A DNA stretch of 63,474 nucleotides, counting the filler, from Dugesia japonica (taxonomy: Eukaryota): the NCBI GenBank assembly GCA_001938525.1. It is 5 parts of 5 records of this genome, joined end to end, with 100 filler letters (N's around TTAATTAATTAA, not from the genome) between each part and the next. Parts side by side here need not be neighbours in the genome. Positions count along the whole stretch, not along the records: positions 27,646 to 43,452 come from MQRL01513608.1; positions 43,553 to 54,578 come from MQRL01212318.1; 3 more parts are not named here. The stretch is one strand, 5' to 3'. Positions 32,051-43,559 of this stretch are shown piece by piece (the stretch's first letter is position 1; the number at the start of each line of letters is the position of its first letter). Position numbers and translations under genes: made by a program. The notes beneath the pieces were generated by a model. The model was given only the letters and a program-made list of their open reading frames with translations. It did no database searches and was not told the origin of the DNA.

Positions 32051-34620
32051 TAACGAAAGAAAAGAAACGACAGAAATCGTCACGACAGAGAAGACAAAGA
32101 AAATAACAAGCAATAATTAAGTGATCAATTCATTTGGCGAAATAAAAAAAATCAAATTAAAACAATAATTGTAGAGGAAGAAAAAACTTTTAACGAAGTA
32201 ATTATTAAAAAAATAACTAAATTAAATTAAAACTCAATTCGGAAACGAAAATTGACAATCCTATTAATAAATAAAGAAGAAAAGAAAACAAATAATGTAT
32301 TTATTAAATAAAATAAATCATATAAATTAAAATGAATTATTATAAAAAAAGAGATTTAATTTATACAAAAATTTCGAAAAATGAAAGCTTACGGTTAAAG
32401 AAAAACTAGAAGTAAAACAACTTATAATCGAGAAAAAACAGATTTCAAAAATCCAAATCAGAAGACCATAGCTAGATTAGGAAAGAAGTTATAAGGATTT
32501 TTAAATTAACCAATAAAATTCCAAAAATTTCGGAATTATAAATTTGAATAATAATAAGAAGTCAGGTGACAAAATTTGAGTATCTTGACCAATGAAAACA
32601 CGAGAAAAATCAGGCCACGTCTATTAGTCAATAAAAAGAAAGAGAACGCACTAAAATTTAATATAAATACCATTCAATTTCAGGCATCATCATTCAAAAA
32701 ATTTTCAACCAAAAGTTAGCAATTGGACTTATGAACTTAAATTTTGAAGCGGTGAGAATTTGACTAATTTTTTATTTCAACAACGGTTTCCTACACAGAT
32801 AGAAAACTTAAATTAACTAGTTGGCATGGCAACTAACGATAAATCATAGGACTAGTCATGAGATGACTAGTGGTATATGAGTGCGTATAAAATTAATAAA
32901 TATTGGCAGACTAAATAAATCCATCAATAATAAATCAAATGGATTAGTCATGAGATGACTGGTTGCGCACGAGTTCACATAAGATAAGCAATGGTTATCA
33001 GGTGGAATTACTGAAAATCAAGGCGTCATATCAACTTCAATCAACCCGTTGCTTGCTCCAGATCGATCAATCACTCATGTTAGCTATTGTTTTATTTGTG
33101 TAATTTTGCAATTTAACAATTGATACAATTTTACTACTAATATAATTTTCAATAATTGGATTCTTTCTATAATGAATAAGTAATTATTAAACTAAATAAC
33201 GAATTTTCATTAACTAATAATGTAAGTAAAATTATTTTATTAAGGATAATGAATTAGTAATTATTAAAGTTGGTCAATGTTAATATTATAGTTGAATAAT
33301 GTTAAATAACTTTCCACAAATGAAATACGTTTATTAAATTTCTATAAATTATTTATTAATAATACTCATTAATTATTCTATTGATATTGACTTATAATTA
33401 TAGTGATTTGTAATTATCAAATAAATATATTCCCCTGTTTAAGTTAAACAATAATGATTAAACCTTACTTGGTAAATTTTGGGGTACATAGTTTTGATAA
33501 TAAATATAGGAATTGTATCAAGGCTCTAATAATTAATAGTGTTAATCAATAATTAATCATTATAGGATTACCCAGGATGATGATTCATTAAGCAATAGCG
33601 CTAAATTCTAATAATTGTAAAATTAGTCCTCACTAGCAGACAAATATTAGCCAAAAAAGTCTTCAATTGTGCCATAAGTGATTATCCCTACATCAATTCT
33701 AATTAATTGATGAGAATATAACGTTGAGATGGTAATAATAATAAACTCTCGTGTTTCATATGACACAATTTTAAACTCCCCACAACAACTTTTAAAGGTA
33801 ATTCTAATAGTCGAAATTCTCGGAACAACCTTCCGATGATCTAATAATATGATAACTATAAGAGTAACAATGGTCTGATATAATTTTGATTCAGAATGCT
33901 GTTGTCTTCATCACTGACAATAAGGTTTAAGTATGCCTCACAGATTATAGTGAGTATCATGAAATATGGACCCAAACCAAAAAATATGCGAGCACACACT
34001 CAAACTACGGGTTACGAGTCACCGGCTCCATTCCAAAAATCTAGATTTTTGGGACTCTAGATCAAATTCTTCGCGGGGTTTTAAAAAGCCAGACCATACT
34101 AGACTCAACACAAAGTTAAACTACCTAGGTGGAACTGCAACAAACTTTAACTCCGGGCTGAGAGTCATCGTGACTATCATTAACGTATCTAAAGAATGGA
34201 TGCATAAAATTTTCGTTGGTAGTTCTTATGAAGCGTCTATTAGATCCAAGAGCTCCCATGTACCCAATATAATTTTAAAAAAATTAATTTAACCTTAATT
34301 TGTTTGAACAAAAATTATAGAGAATTTTATCTATAAATTTAAATTAAATTTACATAACCCATGATCTTAACACAAGTTTAAAATTTATAGGTGCACTTTG
34401 CTAGGGAAAACGGGCCTAAAATTTATTAATTTTAATTGTTATTTTCTATTGTTTTCATTTGTAATTTTGTCAATATTCTATAAATTTTTGTAATTCTAAA
34501 CAAGTTTATTTGGTTGATATCTTGTTATTTATGATACTGTTATTAATAATAAACAAAACACTTTATCTTTACACCAATTAATTAAATAACGATAAATTTT
34601 GTTGTTAGAACATATACCCA
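32051..34620 (+). mobile_element. Long LTR-like repeat (CCAAT boxes, TATA at 32662, twin hairpins, AATAAA at ~34548)
   Basis: The 5' portion is homologous to 25730-26330. Promoter motifs visible. The 3' extent is uncertain. Confidence 0.5.
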
Positions 34621-35102
34621 CTAANNNNNNNNNNNNNNNNNNNNNNNNNNNNNNNNNNNNNNNNNNNNNNNNNNNNNNNNNNNNNNNNNNNNNNNNNNNN
34701 NNNNNNNNNNNNNNNNNNNNNNNNNNNNNNNNNNNNNNNNNNNNNNNNNNNNNNNNNNNNNNNNNNNNNNNNNNNNNNNNNNNNNNNNNNNNNNNNNNNN
34801 NNNNNNNNNGAAAAGGCGGTAGTCATTATTATTTTATTTAATTTCCACTTCCAATGTAAAATTGGGTGAACTCAACTTATAATAAGACTATGTAATAATG
34901 TTTAAGACACACTAATTTTTGTTAAAATATTGTATATTAAAATAGATCAGTCTTAATATTACAAATTCAAATTAAATTTCTCTTAACATCTATGAAATTT
35001 ATAATTTAAATAAATAAAATTTAAAAATATATATTGTTTATTAAAAATGTACCGTATTCTTTGATTACACGATTGATTGACAACATATTAAGATTATTTA
35101 AA

Positions 35103-35280
35103 TTTCATTAAAATAAAAGCATCGATCAAATTATTTTTATTTTGGATTATATTTCGAATTTTCGGCAGGAATTGACTTTTAAAAAGAATAATTTAATCGA
35201 AACTTTTAGTTTAATGAAACCTCAAAAACGATCAATGGTTACGCCCAACAATTATTCTCGCAATAAATGTAATTGTAAAA
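35103..35280. mobile_element. Palindromic MITE-like copy directly upstream of mago nashi
   Basis: Homologous to 1730-1962. Confidence 0.7.
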
Positions 35281-35352
35281 ATTATTAAAATTGGTTTAAA
35301 TTTTAAATTTGTTTAAATTTATTTTAAAAAGTGATTTTTTGAATAACATAAA

Positions 35353-35898
35353 ATGTCTAACGAAAGGTCCAACGAATTCTATTTACGTTATTATGTTGGA
35401 CACACAGGAAAATTTGGTCATGAATTTTTAGAATTTGAATTTCGCCCTAACGGTTTATATAAAATTTATATTAAATTTAGATTAATTTATATTTTACTTT
35501 AGGTAAATTACGGTATGCTAATAATTCCAACTATAAAAATGACACAATGATTCGTAAAGAAGTAGAAACATTTATTATTATCAAAGAAATTTAATTTACT
35601 TTAGGTATTTGTAAATACAGCTGTTTTAAAAGAGCTGAAAAAAATTGTTGAAAGCAGTGATATAATGAAAGAAGATGACAAATCTTGGCCTTTACCAGAT
35701 CGAGTCGGAAGACAAGAATTAGAGATTGTTAATGGGGATGTACATATTTCTTTTACCACATCTAAAATAGGGTCATTATTAGACATTAATCATAGCAATG
35801 ATCCAAATGGTCTCACTATTTTCTATTATTTGGTTCAAGATTTGAAATGCTTAGTATTCTCTTTGATTGGTTTACATTTCAAAATAAAACCAATTTAA
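35353..35898 (+). CDS. mago: Mago nashi, exon junction complex core, 150 aa. Exons 35353-35452, 35503-35561, 35605-35898
   Basis: [43 protein letters not shown]...[19 protein letters not shown], with two GT-AG introns (50 and 43 nt). Confidence 0.97.
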
Positions 35899-37629
35899 TG
35901 ATTTTAGCTAATAAATTTTAAAATTAATATTTTTATTTCGTTTTTATGATTTTATTGCATATCTAACTAATTATTAAAAGTGGAACTCGATTCTTAATTA
36001 AAATATATCACTTTATGGATTTTATTTCACAATTTTTGGAATATTTAATTGGAATAATTTGCCAGCAATATTATTAATTTTTCAAGATGGATTAAAGTCT
36101 GGAATTCTGGTTATTACACTAAGTCTAAATTATGTTGACAAATTTAATAAAGAAAAATTCATTTTTAGTAGTTTTTGAAAAGATATTTATTTGAAGACAT
36201 TTGCAAAGTTATTAGCTTGTATTCATAAATAGTTTTGGAATAAATTATGAAATAAGATAAAAAAATTTTCATTTAAGTTTTCCCTATTTTCAAAATTAGA
36301 ATTTCGAAACCAAAAATAATTGATAAATTTATGAGATTAATAGTCGAGTTCAATAATTTTTTTAGAAATTATTATGTATTAGATTTCAGAAAATTGTGAA
36401 TCTTGGCTCCTAAATTAACTGGTTTGGTATAGAATAAAAAATTTCTTCTATCTTAACTGGACAAGAAATAATTTTTTAACAAAATTAAAGTTTTTCATAA
36501 AAAGGCTCTTGAATTAATATGGATATTCCGTACGCCTAGATAAACTTGAGATATGGCACGAATACCACCACTAAATTTAACATGTTTTTTCATGTTTTGC
36601 TATTTTCAATATTTGTTTAATAGTTAATTTCACTTAATAAGCTTTTTTCCCTAAATAATTGTTAAAATAAATCAATAAGTTTCGCAATTCCGATTTATGG
36701 TTTTCTAAGTTGTTAAATTATTTTTTGCATGATTTTTATTGATTTTCTGTTTGGATTTATTGATTATTTAACTGTTATTGTAATCTTCGTTTTATTTATT
36801 TTTAATTCTGATCGAGTATTTATTTCGTGTTAAGTTTTATTCTTCGAGTTCTTGGTTATTTAATTAAGTGTTAATGATTTGATTGTTGTTATTCTCGTGA
36901 TAAGGTAGATGTTAGCCCTACAGGTCAAAGACATTTAAAGAGATTACATACACTTTTTCATGTAAAAATCTATATCTTTGCATGCGGAATGAGGTGGTGG
37001 ACATTATTTTCGAGTCTAAAATTCAATCGTGCGTATCGGTGATTTTATATTAACAGTTTGTACAGCCACGAGTTATTAAACCTGTACCAATAGATAGAGA
37101 ATAAAAATCCACGTTCATTGTCCTAAAAAATAATACTTCAAGAGAAAATCATAAAACAAAGAAATTTAAATATGGTTTTCGGTAACATTGTTTATCCGAA
37201 TTGTATCAAATTCTATATCATTAGAATCATAATGAGATGACAGACAAAACATAAATTACAAACTATTTAATCTTTTGAGACTTTGTACAATGTAAAACTA
37301 TTAATTTATCGATTCGAAACTTATTCCATTCGAGAGAGAATTAAAAATTAACTAGATATTGAATAAATGACTACGATCAAAACACGCTTTGGTTATAGCG
37401 GATAAACTAAACGAATGTATTTATTGTAGGGAGGTGTTAGTCCTGCATGGCGAAGACAAAATTTGGAAAAAAATTTGAACAAGTTTGACAATTGTGTACA
37501 CCGTAGGGGAAGGTATCCAAGAGAAATTGTTGTCAACAATTTTTTTAACGATAAATTTAATAAATCAAAATAATTAGCTGATGTATTGTTAATTTGTGGG
37601 GAAGGGATATACATTTGTTGATATAATTT

Positions 37630-37723
37630 TATTAGGGGTTCACTGGAAGTTTGACAATATTGACGAGGGGGAGGGTGGTTAAAATTTTTTTGAAAATTTT
37701 TTACATAATTTATGGACAGCGCC
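37630..37723. mobile_element. PIF/Harbinger-type MITE end
   Basis: GAGGGGGAGGG subterminal tract and TTACATAATTTATGGACAGCGCC terminus followed by TAA. The other end was not found. Confidence 0.55.
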
Positions 37724-37969
37724 TAATGGCAACACCTTTTCTGAATGGGTTTCAGAACTACAAAAGGTCATTTTAGTTTTAGACTAACAACAATAGATAA
37801 TAACAAAATCGGTAACAGTAATTACTATTGAAGAAATTCAAAAGAATTAAGCCAATATACAACATAGTTAATGTAATAAGGGGAACAATTCCACCCAAAA
37901 AATGTTTTTAAAAAAATTAAATTAATAAATAAATTATTTCATTTTTTTGAATTTGATTTGCAAATTTAA

Positions 37970-39220
37970 GAAAATGGATTTAATCCAAATCCAAAGAGAA
38001 AATGTTTCATTTATGATAGTAATAAAATCCTTGTTTCGCACAAATCTGAAAAGAGTTTGATCTTGAAGAAGTAATCAGAATTTAATTAAGGCAGAAAAAC
38101 TTTGATGAAATCACAAAATTTCCGAAATAAAGACAAATTTTTATATTTAAAAGTTTTATATTTAAATAAAAATTTATGGAGAAGTAGACAAAATATAGAA
38201 AAAGTTCTGGGTAAATTAAAATGCTCAGACTATCTGTAAATTGAAAGATAATGCGATAGAAAAGGAGTCAAATGAATTGGTCACAACGATTTTGAGGAAA
38301 TTGAGAAATTCGTGTATGACTCTTAATAACGAAAAATAATCGATTTGGTTAAAGGAAGTTTCTTCTCGGTTATAAAATCACTTCAATCGGAATCAAACTT
38401 AATAATAAAATGGTGAAGAATATTGAAAACTATCTTCCATGGAAAATATGAATAAACATGGCGTACTAAAAAAATTTAAAATAATGTGACAAAGTGCTGC
38501 GAATTCTTCCGGGTATATACCCCTAGAAGATCAAGTATCAAAAGGAAATAAAAATAACGAGACAAGGAGTAAAGAGAAGGAGAGAATTACGAAATCACCA
38601 AAGATTTCCCCAATATAAAATAGAAAAATTATGTCATAAAATATAATTTATTTTGTCTTCTAACATGGCGACCACTCGATCGATCAACCAAAACTTTATG
38701 AAATTGGAGATGATATGTAAGAATTATAATCAAAGAATCAAAAATATGTTTGAAGAAAAAACATTTTGGTGAAAAAGTGATTAAGTACAAATTAACATAA
38801 ACCAAACTCATTGCATTTTTGAATCATTTTTTGGATAAAAGAAGGAAATTGAACGATATCAAATGGCATAAGATTTATTGAAGACAAAATTAATCAAAGA
38901 AGATTTTGTAAATGATGCAGATAGGGTATTGAGAGGACCAACTCAGACCAAATATATTAAGAAAATTTTAATTCATTTGGATTAGAAATCAGATGAACAA
39001 CATATTCATGCTATTGGAAAACCACCTTATGTTGATGTGACCAAGAGATCTAGATTTAATTTCAACGAAAAATTATTTTTACTGAAAAACCAAAATCGAG
39101 ATATGCGAAACAATTTTCAAAATCAAGAGACAAGGTTATTTTCATCCAATTGGAAGAAGTCAATATCAAATGCAATCAAAGAATGGGCTACAATGTTATG
39201 AATATGGACATGTCGGAGTA
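37970..39220 (+). mobile_element. Degraded gag-like ORF of an LTR retrotransposon
   Basis: Purine-rich coding-like tract with many stops, ending in a degenerate knuckle (QCYEYGHV). Upstream ...TAACA-AAATCGGTAACAG resembles an LTR/PBS junction. Confidence 0.4.
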
Positions 39221-40988
39221 ATTTTTTATCATTTTAATTCCTCTTTATTTTTATTTTTCATTTTAATTCTTCAATTGCTGATATTTCTGCTCATTTTTCC
39301 ATTTAAAATCTTCTTTTTCATTTTAAATCCTCCTTAGTTCCTCACTTGAAAAAATTAATTTCTTTTTTATTTTTTAATTCTTCAAAAATTGTATTTCGTT
39401 TTACAATGATGATTAACCTCATAATCATGATCTTATTTGAAAATATATTACTAAATAAATCACAATAAAAATTTCTATCTGTTTTTGTTTAATTTTTAAA
39501 AATATAAAAACAATTAGAATTATTTCTTATTTAAAATACTTTACTAGAATATTTCATAAAAACATTAAAAAACTGTAATGTAATAGCAAACCTTTTTCAC
39601 TTGGCAATTTCTTTTTGCATATGTTACATTCGAAAAATGTGTTTCTTGATCTTGTACACATTTGTGATTGGATGTGACGTCACTCTCGGTTATTTTTAAA
39701 AATCTTAAAAATTAATATTGAAGCACTCATTTTTATAGAGAAAAACTTTTGGTTGAGTTAATAAAACTATCATTAGGCTGTTGTTATTTTATGTGAAAAA
39801 ATAAATAATAATTTTTTGTTTTAGTAAACTTTTGGTTTTGAAATTTAACACTTTATTTAATTCATTATGCATTAGTTTCATTACTAAATATTTTTCTTGA
39901 TTTTTTATTTATTGATTTATTTTTATTTGATAGATTTGATATACTCATAGTAAAATTTTTCTTTTACTTGAACTTGTATTAATTCAAAAGAATTTGTCTT
40001 GATATTAAAAACATAATCTCCATAATAATTTTTTATATATTGTTGAGATTTTTCATCAAAATAATATTTTACGTGAGTATATCTTATCAAATTTGTATAA
40101 TAAAAAAGTCTATTTACTTAATTATTCCATCTTATTTCAGCTATCATAATTCTAGTTTTAGTCACAGTTATGATTTTAATGCTTTATTATTTCAATTATT
40201 TTTTTATGATTTTAATTTTGTTTGGCTCATTATTAAATTAAACTTTTACTTGTATAGTTAACGGTATTGATATTTTCATGTCATATTTTAGTGTCTGAAC
40301 ATGATCCGTATAACCATATCATATCTTATTATATAACCGTTTTATCTTAGCTATTAATGCTCGTGTGAATGTTAGTATCTTGATAAGCGTTGTAATATGA
40401 TCCTTTCACGCTGAATATTTTGTACGTGTTATGATTTATAACTTAGCTATGATAAGTATAGACAGAGAGTAATGCGTATGTTAATGATTATCGTACAGAG
40501 TAACAACATTAAATAATACATTATTTTTCGATTTAACTTTTATGGTGATACAGTAAATTGATTTGTTAGTGTGAATTGGGTATATTTTATAATTAACAGG
40601 ATCGTATTGAATACGACGATCCAGTAACATATNTCAACTATTTTGGAGAAAGTTACTGCCGAAGGAACCGATAATAATCACTGATGGATTCATCACGACA
40701 TGATCCACCAGCTGAATGCTAGGATTTGTTGGTTAGGGAATCAATAGTATTGTTGGGGTCCCACCTGAGCTGAGAGAAAAAATAACGTGGCTGGGGAAAA
40801 CAGCCCTCAGGGGAACCCTTTCAAGAATTTAGCTTACCGCCCCTAGGGTAAGTATTCAGTTCATGGCGGTTTACCTCACTCTTAATGGGAGGTGCACGCC
40901 CACAAACCTTTGTATTTGGGTTCAATAATTTCCCTTATTTTACACAAATTTAAACCAATAATTCTTGAAACATTTATTAATATAGCAG

Positions 40989-41371
40989 TTATAGGTTGTT
41001 TAGCACGCTAGGGTCTAGCCATTGATCTGGGTCGTTTATTGTAAAATTGAAGGCGGCGACATCGTCGTCATCGTTACAATGAATCCAAGCTGGATTCCCA
41101 ATCTGTCGGGAAAGGTCAGAGATGTACTGTTTTAAGNAGTCTATTTTTCTTAACAGTAACTTCTTATTCTCTGCCTCGAGGGCTTTGGTTTGGGTTGCCA
41201 AGTCATTTTGCTTACGAACTAACAAATCCAATTTTTTATGAGTTGATTCCTCTGGTCAAGGTGCTTAAGAAGAGCTTGTTCTGTTTTGCGTTTCAAGTGT
41301 CGTTCTAATAGTAGACGGCGCAGGATGCGGTGACACCTCCTCAAACTAGTTGGAAACACGATACGAGGCAT
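40989..41371 (-). CDS. LTR-encoded ~127-aa basic/leucine-zipper/acidic-tail protein (one frameshift in an A-run at ~41232-41237)
   Basis: ATG in AAAAATG context. ORFs 41219-41431 and 40989-41231 join by a -1 shift, and the Leu heptad register continues across it. C-terminus conserved in the copy at 1-42. AATAAA at 40973-40978. Confidence 0.65.
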
Positions 41372-41690
41372 TTTTAATTGTAAGATTTCTGCAACGGTTA
41401 ATTGTCGGGGATAATAATTGATCGAAACCAAAAATATATAATTTGATGTGGTCTTCTTCTCGCACCTTTGTAGATAATAAAATTAACTTAAGATAAGCTG
41501 AGTTGCAATTTTACTTGGGTTTTCAGTTTAATTTCTACCGAGACGAAATTGATTTTCTTCTAGTAATTGGATTGGAGAGTGACTTTCTCAAACTGAGTAA
41601 ATATAATGAAAATTTTTCTTTGGTAGTTTCTACACAACTATTAATTAATGAAAAAATGTTTTGTTTTTTCTTGGTGAAATCCGAGTTCTC

Positions 41691-41890
41691 TTTTATAGTG
41701 TTTCTTGATACAACCCGGCATCATTATCATTGGGTGGTATTTTTGTCTCAAAATTCCAGTGTTTTATTGGTGCTAGTGCCATAATTCTAGAATTTTCAAA
41801 GAATTTTAGAACTCTGATTGGTAAGTATTTTGAGAGGGCCATGTGATAATTCTTTCTTTGTGTTATTTTTATTTTTAGGCCTCCCATTGG
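41691..41890 (-). promoter_or_regulatory. LTR promoter: three CCAAT boxes and TATAAAA
   Basis: CCAAT at 41886-41890, 41817-41821 and 41766-41770; TATAAAA at 41691-41697. Equivalent motifs in the 52579 copy (TATATAA at 53247). Confidence 0.65.
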
Positions 41891-43559
41891 TCCAATCTTG
41901 TGGACCCTGCAGCAGCCCTCTGGAAGGTGGTAAGTTTTTCTTTCTAGTAATTTTAGTTGCATTTTGATATTCTCGTCCTATATTTTCTTGTCCGGCTTTT
42001 TTCTGATTTCCCTGAGTGAAATTATTCGGATAAAACGAATTTTTTGTTAATTTCACTTCTTTTTTTATTTAAAATTAATTAATATTTCTCCTCTGTTAAT
42101 TGATTGCTTTTATTCCGATTTTCTCGGTTTTTATTATTATTTAATAATTCTTTTTAATTCTGCTACCTACATGGGTGGTTTTATAACACTGAGTTCGTTG
42201 AACCCGTCTTCGATGGTATTTTATTTTTCTTTACTGATTATTTTCCGTTACAAATTTCCCAAATTATAATCGCTTCCTTCTTTGAATTCCATTACACGTG
42301 AGTTTATGGGTTTTACTGTTCATCTTTGCCGATTCTGGATTTTTTGGTTTTATTATCTTTCTTCACAGGTGTTTCACCCCAACAGTATTAATATCACTAC
42401 TGCTAGCATGAAAAAAGATTACGAGCATTAGAGCAATAGGAGCGGGGCAGGAGCAACAACAAAGGTGGAAAGCAGTAGAATTAAGCTGGTAAAAGATGCA
42501 GCTGCACATAAACGAAGGAACAGCTGGTTAGGCAAAACCTATTGCTGTAAGAACGTGTACTCAGTCTTATGATTCAATGCTCTTAGATCTCGTGAAGACG
42601 TTGGTGGATTATCGAGTACTATTATAGCCAGTGTAAGGTTACTACGTAAGTCCAAAGAGTCGGCATCATACCGTTGAAGTGAAGAAAGATGAAAGGTCAT
42701 TATAGTTAGGATTATTCCAAACCCCAATAATTGGGTGTACAAAGGATGCTGTAATTAAATAAATTTTCCGACGTTATACCTAGTCATGAGTTGTTTTTAT
42801 ATTAGAAAGTCATAACAAAAACTAAAACCAACAAAGAGGATTTGATCAAAGATGGGTTACCCCAAAGATTCGTTGGATCCAGGAAAATACGATGAAAACA
42901 TACGAAGTGCTTAAATTTTTGTGGTTTCTAGGACACCATACTTAAAACAGCTTACTAAAGGAACCAATAAATATAGAATCAAAAAGAGCNNNNNNNNNNN
43001 NNNNNNNNNNNNNNNNNTAAACATCAAAAGCCTAGAAGCCAAACAAATCACTATTTTATAACTGCAAGCATTAAATGTTTATTTTAAACGACTCATACAA
43101 CATATTGAGTATACAATAATACAAGATCTTAAAATAATTAGGCAATTGTTTTAATTAACTTCAGATAAAACCAATATTAGGAGAATTAACTAAGCATCTT
43201 TGATTTAACAATAAATATCGAGACTAAAATTGAGAAACCAAGGAAGACCTAAAAGGTCAGCGAAGCTAATAAGAGTACAGAAGAACACCAACAAATTTGA
43301 TTACAAGAGTACAAGTACACTGAAAAAATCAAATCAAATACTAGTAAATTAGAACGCAGAAAAGACGATGACTGCTTGAAACAATTATTCTGTTAAATAA
43401 ATACATCTTAAAAAAATCTAATTAAAATCATAAATATATATATATATATATANNNNNNNNNNNNNNNNNNNNNNNNNNNNNNNNNNNNNNNNNNNNTTAA
43501 TTAATTAANNNNNNNNNNNNNNNNNNNNNNNNNNNNNNNNNNNNNNNNNNNNTAATAAT

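Larger units (their letters stand above)
40751..42384 (-). mobile_element. Complete solo LTR (1634 bp) with 4-bp target-site duplication GTAT
   Basis: TGTTGGGGT...ACCCCAACA inverted termini, with GTAT at 40747-40750 and 42385-42388. Homologous copies at 1-328 and 52579-~53560. Confidence 0.88.

Noticed and set aside
40678-40720. CTGATGG/CTGATGA-type hammerhead ribozyme cores (also 4531, 62102)
   Set aside because: No correctly spaced GAAA with flanking stems I-III could be built.
41503-42056. ORFs 41503-41784, 41693-41962 and 41796-42056 in the LTR U3
   Set aside because: They overlap promoter motifs, and the homologous copy at 52900-53260 has stops/indels in these frames.
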